In this document: piece after piece, positions 1 through 8,468 of the stretch
Numbering within the stretch: position 1 is the stretch's first letter
Layout: each line of letters starts with the position of its first letter
From: Methylophaga frappieri
GTDB taxonomy: Bacteria; Pseudomonadota; Gammaproteobacteria; Nitrosococcales; Methylophagaceae
Direction: 5' to 3'
Length of the DNA: 32,000 nucleotides
NCBI RefSeq assembly: GCF_000260965.1
Contig: NC_017856.1
Location: forward strand, 390,001-422,000
Notes under the pieces: model-generated
The model's database searches: none
Told to the model about the DNA's origin: nothing
The model's input: the letters and a program-made list of their open reading frames with translations, nothing else
Made by a program: the position numbers and the translations under genes

Positions 1-218
1 TCGGCACACCGCTACTCACCGAGCAATGTCACACCAGTTTGGGTGATCTGCATTACATGATTTCACAAACGCCCCAAGTGTGGCTCGACCATCAACTTTA
101 TGAAATGCATGATGGTTTGTTGCTTGCCTGGGATGCAGTCGATGCCTTGTTTCCTGCACAATTAATTGACGACATGTTCAGTGCCTATACGAACCTTCTC
201 GAATGGTTAGCCGCTGAT
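1..218 (+). other. C-terminal part of a heterocyclization (Cy) domain
   Basis: SQTPQVWLDHQLYE...WDAVDALFP...DDMFSAYTNLL parallels the C-terminal ends of the two complete Cy domains downstream. Confidence 0.85.
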
Positions 219-3200
219 CGTCAGCATTGGCAACAAATACCGCCAGAATTAATGCCTGCTTATCAATTAACCACCCGCGAAGCAGTCAACCAAACCCAAG
301 CCCCCATAATCGACCGGGTGTTGCATCAAGGTGTGTTTGAACACGCCAAACGCTCAGCAGACAAGGTAGCCCTTATCTCAGACAATGCGTCTGTCACTTA
401 CGCTGCATTGGCCGATAAAGCCCTGCGTATCGCCCGTCTGTTACACGATAACGGTCTGCAATCCGGTGATCCCGTGGCAGTCACATTGCCAAGAGGCATT
501 GACCAGATTGCCGCTGTATTGGGTATTTTGGCCGCAGGCGGTTGTTATGTGCCTGTCGGTATTCATCAACCCGCTGCTCGGCAGGCCAAAATCCATCACA
601 CCGCTGGCATAAAACTAGTGTTAACGGCTTCCGATTATCTTGAGGTGGAGACCCTGGCCTCGGTCACGCGATTGGATGTGGCGCTAGCCCGTTCACTGTC
701 GCCTTTGGCTGAACCGGTTTCGGTCTCGCCGCAGCAGGCGGCGTATATCATCTTTACTTCCGGTTCGACCGGTGAGCCTAAAGGTGTGGAGATGGCCCAT
801 GCGGCTACCGCCAATACCATTGACCATTTAAATCAGCGTTATCAGGTGGGACAGCATAGTACAGGCCTTGCCATCTCGGCGCTCGATTTCGATTTGTCGG
901 TCTACGATATCTTTGGCTTGTTACAGGTCGGTGGCGCGCTGGTGTTGGTAGATGAGTCTCAACGGCGGGATGCAAATGCCTGGTTGAGTTTGATTCATCA
1001 ACATCAGGTCACGCTCTGGAATAGTGTGCCGGTGTTGTTGGATATGTTGTTGGTGGTCGCACAGAACGATAGCCGTCAATTGCCGTTTGAGCAGGTGATG
1101 TTGTCGGGCGATTGGATTGGTTTGGATTTACCGCCTCGCCTATTGGCCACGACCCAAACGATGCCGGCATTTATTGCGATGGGCGGTGCCACGGAAGCGG
1201 CGATTTGGTCGAATGTGTTTGAGGTGAATACGGCGATGGAAGATGGCCACTTGCCTTCGCAGTGGACGTCAATTCCCTATGGGAAGCCGTTAGCCAATCA
1301 GGCTTATCGCGTGGTCGATAGTTTGGGACGTGATTGTCCGGACTGGGTGCCGGGTGAGTTATGGATTGGTGGCCTCGGTTTGGCTAACGGCTATCGCGGT
1401 GATGCGACGCTGACGGCAGAGCGGTTTGTTGAGGTGGCGGGCAAGCGTTGGTATCGCACGGGTGACCGGGGCCGTTATTGGCCTGATGGCAATCTGGAGT
1501 TTTTAGGTCGGATTGACCATCAGGTGAAAGTACGTGGTCACCGGATTGAGTTAGGTGAAATCGATGCGGCGATGGCGACACTCCCCGAGATTGCCAGAGC
1601 GGTGGCGGTAACAGTAGGACAGCCGCCGGCATTAGCGGCCGCGTTTGTGGCAAAAGCCTCTAACTCGCTCGATACGGATGCCATTCGACAGGCGTTACAG
1701 CAAATCTTACCGGATTATATGGTACCGCCTACTTTGGTGCAGATGGCGGATTTACCGCTCAGTGCCAATGGCAAGCTCGATAGAAAACAGCTCGCCGCTC
1801 TGCTTGTGGAGCAGGTCGCAACCACCGAACACATCATCACGCCACCACAGACCACAGCAGAAAAAGTGGTCGCTGAACTGTGGCAGTCATTACTCGGGAT
1901 TGCGTCGGTTGGAAGAGAAAGTAATTTCTTTACTTTAGGTGGTGATAGTTTATTGGCCACACAGGTGGTGGCACAGTTAAGACAGCAAGGCTTGAGTGCT
2001 TCTCAGCCGTTACGTTTGTTGTTTGCCAAACCGGTGTTGATGGATTTCGCTGCTGAGTTAGCGGAAACCACGCAGGCGAAAACGGTAAAGGTGGTGGCCG
2101 AACCGCAGCAGCGTCATGAGCCGTTCCCGTTAACGGAAATCCAGCGCGCTTACTGGATGGGACAATCACCGGGGCTGCCGCTCAGTTGTGGTACGCATTA
2201 TCTGGTCGAACTCGATGGTGAGCAGGTCGATTTAGAACGCATTGAGCGTGCATGGCAGAAACTCGTTGAGCGTCATGAGATGATGCGTGCTGTCGTCGAT
2301 GAAAATGGTATGCAACGCATTTTGCAGCAGGTTTCTCCCGTCCGCATCAGCCGTCATCAATTGGATGAGCAAGACAGTGCAGAAACCGCGCAAGCCGTGT
2401 TACATGAATTGTGGCATCAACAATCACAGCAACAGCGTCAACAACCTCAGCAGGATGCTGCTGTTCCCTATCAGCTCCATGCGGTTTTTTATGGTAAACA
2501 TCGCTGCCGACTGGGCATTAATTTCAATTATTTGACGCTGGATGGTTTCAGTATCAAGTTACTGCTAGAACAATTGGCCGATCTGTATCAAAATCCAAGC
2601 CGCGATCTGCCTGAACTGGCATTATCATTCCGCGATTACGTTAATCAAGTTCATTATGATGCTGTTGCAATCGACAAAGCGGAGAAATACTGGCGCAATC
2701 GACTTCAGGATTTGCCATTAGCCCCGGAATTACCGCTTGCCGTTGATCCGGAAACTCTGTCACATGTCGAATTTAAACGCCGTGAAGCGAAACTTGATGC
2801 AACCCGCTGGCAGGCGTTGAAAGAAAAAGCAAGAGCCCACCAAATCACGCCGTCTGTATTACTTTTGGTTGCTTACAGCCAGATCCTTCGCCGCTGGAGT
2901 GGCGGTGGCAATCATACGCTCAACCTGACCCTATTTGATCGTCAACCTGTGCATGCAGATATTAATCAGATATTGGGTGATTTTACCTCGTTGGCACCGG
3001 TGGCTTTTTGCCATGAAAATGGTAATACCTTGATCGATCAGGCTCGTGCGACACAACAAGAAATCGCCAGTGCACTGGAGCATCGTGAAATCTCTTCTAT
3101 CTGGATTCAGCGCGAACGCTCACATCAGATGAGTTTGACCTCAGCGGCATTGCCCGTTGTGTTCACCAGTACGTTAGGGCTCGGCAATGGTTTATTCGAA

Positions 3201-6200
3201 AATCCACCGGCCGGTTTCCCGGAAATGGTCGCCGGCGGTTTGTCGGAAACACCGCAAGTCTGGCTTGATCATCAATTATACGAATATCGTGGTGAGCTCG
3301 TTTTATCGTGGGATGCTGTAGAGGACTTATTCCCTGCGGGTTTACTCGATGACATGTTCCAGTCTTACCAACAACTGCTAAATGAGCTTATTACGCAAGA
3401 CTGGACACAACCCTTTAATTTTTGCTTACCCACAAACCAAGCCGCCACCCGCGAAGCAGTCAACCAAACCCAAGCCCCCATAATCGACCGGGTGTTGCAT
3501 CAAGGTGTGTTTGAACACGCCAAACGCTCAGCAGACAAGGTAGCCCTTATCTCAGACAATGCGTCTGTCACTTACGCTGCATTGGCCGATAAAGCCCTGC
3601 GTATCGCCCGTCTGTTACACGATAACGGTCTGCAATCCGGTGATCCCGTGGCAGTCACATTGCCAAGAGGCATTGACCAGATTGCCGCTGTATTGGGTAT
3701 TTTGGCCGCAGGCGGTTGTTATGTGCCTGTCGGTATTCATCAACCCGCTGCTCGGCAGGCCAAAATCCATCACACCGCTGGCATAAAACTAGTGTTAACG
3801 GCTTCCGATTATCTTGAGGTGGAGACCCTGGCCTCGGTCACGCGATTGGATGTGGCGCTAGCCCGTTCACTGTCGCCTTTGGCTGAACCGGTTTCGGTCT
3901 CGCCGCAGCAGGCGGCGTATATCATCTTTACTTCCGGTTCGACCGGTGAGCCTAAAGGTGTGGAGATGGCCCATGCGGCTACCGCCAATACCATTGACCA
4001 TTTAAATCAGCGTTATCAGGTGGGACAGCATAGTACAGGCCTTGCCATCTCGGCGCTCGATTTCGATTTGTCGGTCTACGATATCTTTGGCTTGTTACAG
4101 GTCGGTGGCGCGCTGGTGTTGGTAGATGAGTCTCAACGGCGGGATGCAAATGCCTGGTTGAGTTTGATTCATCAACATCAGGTCACGCTCTGGAATAGTG
4201 TGCCGGTGTTGTTGGATATGTTGTTGGTGGTCGCACAGAACGATAGCCGTCAATTGCCGTTTGAGCAGGTGATGTTGTCGGGCGATTGGATTGGTTTGGA
4301 TTTACCGCCTCGCCTATTGGCCACGACCCAAACGATGCCGGCATTTATTGCGATGGGCGGTGCCACGGAAGCGGCGATTTGGTCGAATGTGTTTGAGGTG
4401 AATACGGCGATGGAAGATGGCCACTTGCCTTCGCAGTGGACGTCAATTCCCTATGGGAAGCCGTTAGCCAATCAGGCTTATCGCGTGGTCGATAGTTTGG
4501 GACGTGATTGTCCGGACTGGGTGCCGGGTGAGTTATGGATTGGTGGCCTCGGTTTGGCTAACGGCTATCGCGGTGATGCGACGCTGACGGCAGAGCGGTT
4601 TGTTGAGGTGGCGGGCAAGCGTTGGTATCGCACGGGTGACCGGGGCCGTTATTGGCCTGATGGCAATCTGGAGTTTTTAGGTCGGATTGACCATCAGGTG
4701 AAAGTACGTGGTCACCGGATTGAGTTAGGTGAAATCGATGCGGCGATGGCGACACTCCCCGAGATTGCCAGAGCGGTGGCGGTAACAGTAGGACAGCCGC
4801 CGGCATTAGCGGCCGCGTTTGTGGCAAAAGCCTCTAACTCGCTCGATACGGATGCCATTCGACAGGCGTTACAGCAAATCTTACCGGATTATATGGTACC
4901 GCCTACTTTGGTGCAGATGGCGGATTTACCGCTCAGTGCCAATGGCAAGCTCGATAGAAAACAGCTCGCCGCTCTGCTTGTGGAGCAGGTCGCAACCACC
5001 GAACACATCATCACGCCACCACAGACCACAGCAGAAAAAGTGGTCGCTGAACTGTGGCAGTCATTACTCGGGATTGCGTCGGTTGGAAGAGAAAGTAATT
5101 TCTTTACTTTAGGTGGTGATAGTTTATTGGCCACACAGGTGGTGGCACAGTTAAGACAGCAAGGCTTGAGTGCTTCTCAGCCGTTACGTTTGTTGTTTGC
5201 CAAACCGGTGTTGATGGATTTCGCTGCTGAGTTAGCGGAAACCACGCAGGCGAAAACGGTAAAGGTGGTGGCCGAACCGCAGCAGCGTCATGAGCCGTTC
5301 CCGTTAACGGAAATCCAGCGCGCTTACTGGATGGGACAATCACCGGGGCTGCCGCTCAGTTGTGGTACGCATTATCTGGTCGAACTCGATGGTGAGCAGG
5401 TCGATTTAGAACGCATTGAGCGTGCATGGCAGAAACTCGTTCAGCGCCATGAGATGCTGAGGGTCAGGATTAACAACCAAGGTCAGCAGCAAATTCTGTC
5501 TGTCGAGCAAACACCAGCTCTGCAGCTTGTTCAAGGTAAGGCTGCTGATCTCAATTCAGCGAGAGCACGTATTCACTCCTGGTGGCAACATTATTCAGAG
5601 CATGACCGTGAGACGTTATTTGCCTTAAATGCTGTGAGCTACCTGGATCAGGCTGGACAACAACGTTATCGACTCGGTTTATTGTTCAGCTACATGACCT
5701 TGGACGGCTTTAGTATCAAGCTGTTGTTAAACGAACTTGCGACGCTATACAGTCAGCCAGAATCGTCATGGCCGACATTGACATTGTCTTTCCGTGATTA
5801 TGTCAATCAAGTACAACCCGATCCTCAAGCATTAGAGCGTGCCGAGCAATACTGGCATCAACGGTTGCCAGAACTGCCTTCGGCTGCTGCCCTGCCCTTG
5901 GCGAAAGATCCGCTTAATGTGGGGTCGGTACAGTTTTCTCGTCGGGAAGCTCGATTGGAGAAATCACGTTGGGCAGCCTTGCGCCAGTCAGCACAAACTC
6001 ATGGTATTACACCATCAGTTGCTATTCTGGTTGCTTATGCGGAAATTTTGAGTCAGTGGAGTGGTGGCCATGCCCATACTTTGAATTTGACCTTATTTGA
6101 TCGGCAGCCAGTTCATCAGGATATCGATAAAATCGTCGGTGATTTCACTTCACTGGCACCGGTTTCCTACTATCCAGATCAACAACAAACCTTATTAATG

Positions 6201-8468
6201 CAAGCCCAGCAAGTACAAAAAACGCTGGCTGAAGTATTGGAGCATCGCGAAGTCTCTTCTGTTTGGGTGCAACGTGAACGCGCCAGAACAATGGGGTTGA
6301 CGGCAGCAGCGCTGCCTATTGTCTTTACCAGCACGCTAGGCATGTCTGATAGTTTATTTGATGAACTACCGGCAGACGGTTTTCCTGATTTGGCCGGTGG
6401 CGGTTTATCCGAAACACCGCAAGTCTGGCTTGATCATCAGATGTATGAGCATCGTGGCGAACTGCTGATTTCCTGGGATGCAGTTGATGAACTGTTTCCG
6501 TCAGGATTGGTGGATGACATGTTCACTGCCTTTATTGATCTGCTACAGCGCTTGGCAGATAACTGGCACGAGCCTTTGCCGGTGGCGTTACCTGCAAACC
6601 AAGCTGCCACCCGCGAAGCAGTCAACCAAACCCAAGCCCCCATAATCGACCGGGTGTTGCATCAAGGTGTGTTTGAACACGCCAAACGCTCAGCAGACAA
6701 GGTAGCCCTTATCTCAGACAATGCGTCTGTCACTTACGCTGCATTGGCCGATAAAGCCCTGCGTATCGCCCGTCTGTTACACGATAACGGTCTGCAATCC
6801 GGTGATCCCGTGGCAGTCACATTGCCAAGAGGCATTGACCAGATTGCCGCTGTATTGGGTATTTTGGCCGCAGGCGGTTGTTATGTGCCTGTCGGTATTC
6901 ATCAACCCGCTGCTCGGCAGGCCAAAATCCATCACACCGCTGGCATAAAACTAGTGTTAACGGCTTCCGATTATCTTGAGGTGGAGACCCTGGCCTCGGT
7001 CACGCGATTGGATGTGGCGCTAGCCCGTTCACTGTCGCCTTTGGCTGAACCGGTTTCGGTCTCGCCGCAGCAGGCGGCGTATATCATCTTTACTTCCGGT
7101 TCGACCGGTGAGCCTAAAGGTGTGGAGATGGCCCATGCGGCTACCGCCAATACCATTGACCATTTAAATCAGCGTTATCAGGTGGGACAGCATAGTACAG
7201 GCCTTGCCATCTCGGCGCTCGATTTCGATTTGTCGGTCTACGATATCTTTGGCTTGTTACAGGTCGGTGGCGCGCTGGTGTTGGTAGATGAGTCTCAACG
7301 GCGGGATGCAAATGCCTGGTTGAGTTTGATTCATCAACATCAGGTCACGCTCTGGAATAGTGTGCCGGTGTTGTTGGATATGTTGTTGGTGGTCGCACAG
7401 AACGATAGCCGTCAATTGCCGTTTGAGCAGGTGATGTTGTCGGGCGATTGGATTGGTTTGGATTTACCGCCTCGCCTATTGGCCACGACCCAAACGATGC
7501 CGGCATTTATTGCGATGGGCGGTGCCACGGAAGCGGCGATTTGGTCGAATGTGTTTGAGGTGAATACGGCGATGGAAGATGGCCACTTGCCTTCGCAGTG
7601 GACGTCAATTCCCTATGGGAAGCCGTTAGCCAATCAGGCTTATCGCGTGGTCGATAGTTTGGGACGTGATTGTCCGGACTGGGTGCCGGGTGAGTTATGG
7701 ATTGGTGGCCTCGGTTTGGCTAACGGCTATCGCGGTGATGCGACGCTGACGGCAGAGCGGTTTGTTGAGGTGGCGGGCAAGCGTTGGTATCGCACGGGTG
7801 ACCGGGGCCGTTATTGGCCTGATGGCAATCTGGAGTTTTTAGGTCGGATTGACCATCAGGTGAAAGTACGTGGTCACCGGATTGAGTTAGGTGAAATCGA
7901 TGCGGCGATGGCGACACTCCCCGAGATTGCCAGAGCGGTGGCGGTAACAGTAGGACAGCCGCCGGCATTAGCGGCCGCGTTTGTGGCAAAAGCCTCTAAC
8001 TCGCTCGATACGGATGCCATTCGACAGGCGTTACAGCAAATCTTACCGGATTATATGGTACCGCCTACTTTGGTGCAGATGGCGGATTTACCGCTCAGTG
8101 CCAATGGCAAGCTCGATAGAAAACAGCTCGCCGCTCTGCTTGTGGAGCAGGTGATTGAGCAACAAACATACGAAGCACCTAAAGACCAGCTCGAACAACA
8201 AATCGCCGATGTCTGGTGTGAGGTCTTGCAATGTTGGCAGATTTCTCGTCATGACGATTTTTTCCAAATCGGTGGCGACAGTCTCACAGCAACTCAACTT
8301 GTACAGCAATTACAAACACGTCGAGTCAGCCCAGAAGCAATTTCATTACTTACCCTGTTCGGTTCGCCAACCATAGCCGGACTCGCAGATGAAATACGCC
8401 ACCAATGGCAAGCCATTGGCATTCAAACGAATAATGATGAATTAATTTTTGAAGAAGGAACGTTATGA
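1..8468 (+). CDS. Non-ribosomal peptide synthetase, 5'-truncated by the window edge; visible architecture (Cy)-A-T-Cy-A-T-Cy-A-T
   Basis: The frame of the 39..8468 ORF stays open back to nt 3. The residues upstream of the TTG at 39 (GTPLLTEQCHTS) continue a Cy domain, so the true start lies upstream of the window. Cy motifs: FPLTEIQRAYWMGQ, GDFTS, VVFTST, SETPQVWLDHQ. A motifs: AYIIFTSGSTGEPKG, YRTGDRGRY, GRIDHQVKVRGHRIELGEI, NGKLDRK. Carrier motifs: FFTLGGDS (twice) and FFQIGGDS. Stop TGA at 8466-8468. Confidence 0.97.
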   Translation, partial: GTPLLTEQCHTSLGDLHYMISQTPQVWLDHQLYEMHDGLLLAWDAVDALFPAQLIDDMFSAYTNLLEWLAADRQHWQQIPPELMPAYQLTTREAVNQTQAPIIDRVLHQGVFEHAKRSADKVALISDNASVTYAALADKALRIARLLHDNGLQSGDPVAVTLPRGIDQIAAVLGILAAGGCYVPVGIHQPAARQAKIHHTAGIKLVLTASDYLEVETLASVTRLDVALARSLSPLAEPVSVSPQQAAYIIFTSGSTGEPKGVEMAHAATANTIDHLNQRYQVGQHSTGLAISALDFDLSVYDIFGLLQVGGALVLVDESQRRDANAWLSLIHQHQVTLWNSVPVLLDMLLVVAQNDSRQLPFEQVMLSGDWIGLDLPPRLLATTQTMPAFIAMGGATEAAIWSNVFEVNTAMEDGHLPSQWTSIPYGKPLANQAYRVVDSLGRDCPDWVPGELWIGGLGLANGYRGDATLTAERFVEVAGKRWYRTGDRGRYWPDGNLEFLGRIDHQVKVRGHRIELGEIDAAMATLPEIARAVAVTVGQPPALAAAFVAKASNSLDTDAIRQALQQILPDYMVPPTLVQMADLPLSANGKLDRKQLAALLVEQVATTEHIITPPQTTAEKVVAELWQSLLGIASVGRESNFFTLGGDSLLATQVVAQLRQQGLSASQPLRLLFAKPVLMDFAAELAETTQAKTVKVVAEPQQRHEPFPLTEIQRAYWMGQSPGLPLSCGTHYLVELDGEQVDLERIERAWQKLVERHEMMRAVVDENGMQRILQQVSPVRISRHQLDEQDSAETAQAVLHELWHQQSQQQRQQPQQDAAVPYQLHAVFYGKHRCRLGINFNYLTLDGFSIKLLLEQLADLYQNPSRDLPELALSFRDYVNQVHYDAVAIDKAEKYWRNRLQDLPLAPELPLAVDPETLSHVEFKRREAKLDATRWQALKEKARAHQITPSVLLLVAYSQILRRWSGGGNHTLNLTLFDRQPVHADINQILGDFTSLAPVAFCHENGNTLIDQARATQQEIASALEHREISSIWIQRERSHQMSLTSAALPVVFTSTLGLGNGLFENPPAGFPEMVAGGLSETPQVWLDHQLYEYRGELVLSWDAVEDLFPAGLLDDMFQSYQQLLNELITQDWTQPFNFCLPTNQAATREAVNQTQAPIIDRVLHQGVFEHAKRSADKVALISDNASVTYAALADKALRIARLLHDNGLQSGDPVAVTLPRGIDQIAAVLGILAAGGCYVPVGIHQPAARQAKIHHTAGIKLVLTASDYLEVETLASVTRLDVALARSLSPLAEPVSVSPQQAAYIIFTSGSTGEPKGVEMAHAATANTIDHLNQRYQVGQHSTGLAISALDFDLSVYDIFGLLQVGGALVLVDESQRRDANAWLSLIHQHQVTLWNSVPVLLDMLLVVAQNDSRQLPFEQVMLSGDWIGLDLPPRLLATTQTMPAFIAMGGATEAAIWSNVFEVNTAMEDGHLPSQWTSIPYGKPLANQAYRVVDSLGRDCPDWVPGELWIGGLGLANGYRGDATLTAERFVEVAGKRWYRTGDRGRYWPDGNLEFLGRIDHQVKVRGHRIELGEIDAAMATLPEIARAVAVTVGQPPALAAAFVAKASNSLDTDAIRQALQQILPDYMVPPTLVQMADLPLSANGKLDRKQLAALLVEQVATTEHIITPPQTTAEKVVAELWQSLLGIASVGRESNFFTLGGDSLLATQVVAQLRQQGLSASQPLRLLFAKPVLMDFAAELAETTQAKTVKVVAEPQQRHEPFPLTEIQRAYWMGQSPGLPLSCGTHYLVELDGEQVDLERIERAWQKLVQRHEMLRVRINNQGQQQILSVEQTPALQLVQGKAADLNSARARIHSWWQHYSEHDRETLFALNAVSYLDQAGQQRYRLGLLFSYMTLDGFSIKLLLNELATLYSQPESSWPTLTLSFRDYVNQVQPDPQALERAEQYWHQRLPELPSAAALPLAKDPLNVGSVQFSRREARLEKSRWAALRQSAQTHGITPSVAILVAYAEILSQWSGGHAHTLNLTLFDRQPVHQDIDKIVGDFTSLAPVSYYPDQQQTLLMQAQQVQKTLAEVLEHREVSSVWVQRERARTMGLTAAALPIVFTSTLGMSDSLFDELPADGFPDLAGGGLSETPQVWLDHQMYEHRGELLISWDAVDELFPSGLVDDMFTAFIDLLQRLADNWHEPLPVALPANQAATREAVNQTQAPIIDRVLHQGVFEHAKRSADKVALISDNASVTYAALADKALRIARLLHDNGLQSGDPVAVTLPRGIDQIAAVLGILAAGGCYVPVGIHQPAARQAKIHHTAGIKLVLTASDYLEVETLASVTRLDVALARSLSPLAEPVSVSPQQAAYIIFTSGSTGEPKGVEMAHAATANTIDHLNQRYQVGQHSTGLAISALDFDLSVYDIFGLLQVGGALVLVDESQRRDANAWLSLIHQHQVTLWNSVPVLLDMLLVVAQNDSRQLPFEQVMLSGDWIGLDLPPRLLATTQTMPAFIAMGGATEAAIWSNVFEVNTAMEDGHLPSQWTSIPYGKPLANQAYRVVDSLGRDCPDWVPGELWIGGLGLANGYRGDATLTAERFVEVAGKRWYRTGDRGRYWPDGNLEFLGRIDHQVKVRGHRIELGEIDAAMATLPEIARAVAVTVGQPPALAAAFVAKASNSLDTDAIRQALQQILPDYMVPPTLVQMADLPLSANGKLDRKQLAALLVEQVIEQQTYEAPKDQLEQQIADVWCEVLQCWQISRHDDFFQIGGDSLTATQLVQQLQTRRVSPEAISLLTLFGSPTIAGLADEIRHQWQAIGIQTNNDELIFEEGTL
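318..1794 (+). other. Adenylation domain 1 (Cys-type signature)
   Basis: A3 FTSGSTGEPKG, A4 LDFDLSVYDIF, A5 AMGGATEAAIWSN, A7 YRTGDRG, A8 GRIDHQVKVRGHRIELGEI, A10 NGKLDRK. The specificity positions, read by eye, give D-L-Y-N-M-S-M-I-W-K. Confidence 0.9.
1854..2060 (+). other. Thiolation (PCP) domain 1
   Basis: AEKVVAELWQSLLGI...NFFTLGGDSLLATQVV; phosphopantetheinyl Ser codon at 1947-1949. Confidence 0.9.
2118..3392 (+). other. Heterocyclization (Cy) domain with non-canonical NxxxxDxxS core
   Basis: FPLTEIQRAYWMGQ, RHEMMRAV, NYLTLDGFS (2526-2552) in place of DxxxxDxxS, LPLAPELPL, TPSVLLLVAYSQILRRWS, LNLTLFDR, GDFTS, VVFTST, SETPQVWLDHQ. Confidence 0.9.
3492..4968 (+). other. Adenylation domain 2 (identical to A1)
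   Basis: Lies within repeat copy 2; identical translation to A1. Confidence 0.9.
5028..5234 (+). other. Thiolation (PCP) domain 2 (identical to T1)
   Basis: Lies within repeat copy 2; Ser codon at 5121-5123. Confidence 0.9.
5292..6560 (+). other. Heterocyclization (Cy) domain with non-canonical SxxxxDxxS core
   Basis: FPLTEIQRAYWMGQ, RHEMLRVRI, SYMTLDGFS (5688-5714), LNLTLFDR, GDFTS, IVFTST, SETPQVWLDHQ. Confidence 0.9.
6607..8152 (+). repeat. Intragenic direct repeat, copy 3 (A domain only)
   Basis: Offset 3162 nt from copy 2. Identity ends after ...gagcaggt (8152 = 1816 in copy 1), then diverges into a different T domain. Confidence 0.95.
6654..8130 (+). other. Adenylation domain 3 (identical to A1 and A2)
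   Basis: Lies within repeat copy 3; identical translation. Confidence 0.9.
8190..8396 (+). other. Thiolation (PCP) domain 3 (unrelated in sequence to T1/T2)
   Basis: LEQQIADVWCEVL...DDFFQIGGDSLTATQLV; Ser codon at 8280-8282. Confidence 0.88.
8430..8465 (+). other. C-terminal docking tail of the first NRPS
   Basis: The terminal peptide NNDELIFEEGTL is acidic and ends in EEGxL. This resembles the short tails that partner with TubC-type N-terminal docking domains. Confidence 0.5.

Larger units (their letters stand above)
271..2267 (+). repeat. Intragenic direct repeat, copy 1 (A domain + T domain + first ~50 codons of the next Cy domain)
   Basis: Matches 3445-5441 (offset 3174 nt) and, over 271-1816, matches 6607-8152. 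The main-frame translation and the off-frame and antisense shadow ORFs are identical between copies. Spot-checked 60-nt lines are also identical. Confidence 0.95.
3445..5441 (+). repeat. Intragenic direct repeat, copy 2 (A + T + Cy N-terminus)
   Basis: Same as copy 1. First divergence from copy 1 is at 5442 (c) versus 2268 (g). Confidence 0.95.

Noticed and set aside
385-2169. Short ORFs inside the NRPS on other frames and the opposite strand (385-612, 635-820, 1384-1653, 1645-1938, 1715-1960, 1930-2169). Their exact copies appear at +3174 and +6336.
   Set aside because: They lie entirely within a strongly supported NRPS reading frame and have no recognisable motifs. They recur only because the underlying DNA is repeated. 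They are useful as evidence of nucleotide identity, not as genes.
271-8152. Large identical repeats as a mobile element, a CRISPR-like array or tandem IS copies.
   Set aside because: The repeats are in frame within a continuous NRPS ORF and encode intact A/T/Cy motifs. They have no terminal inverted repeats, no transposase and no short spacer-repeat periodicity.
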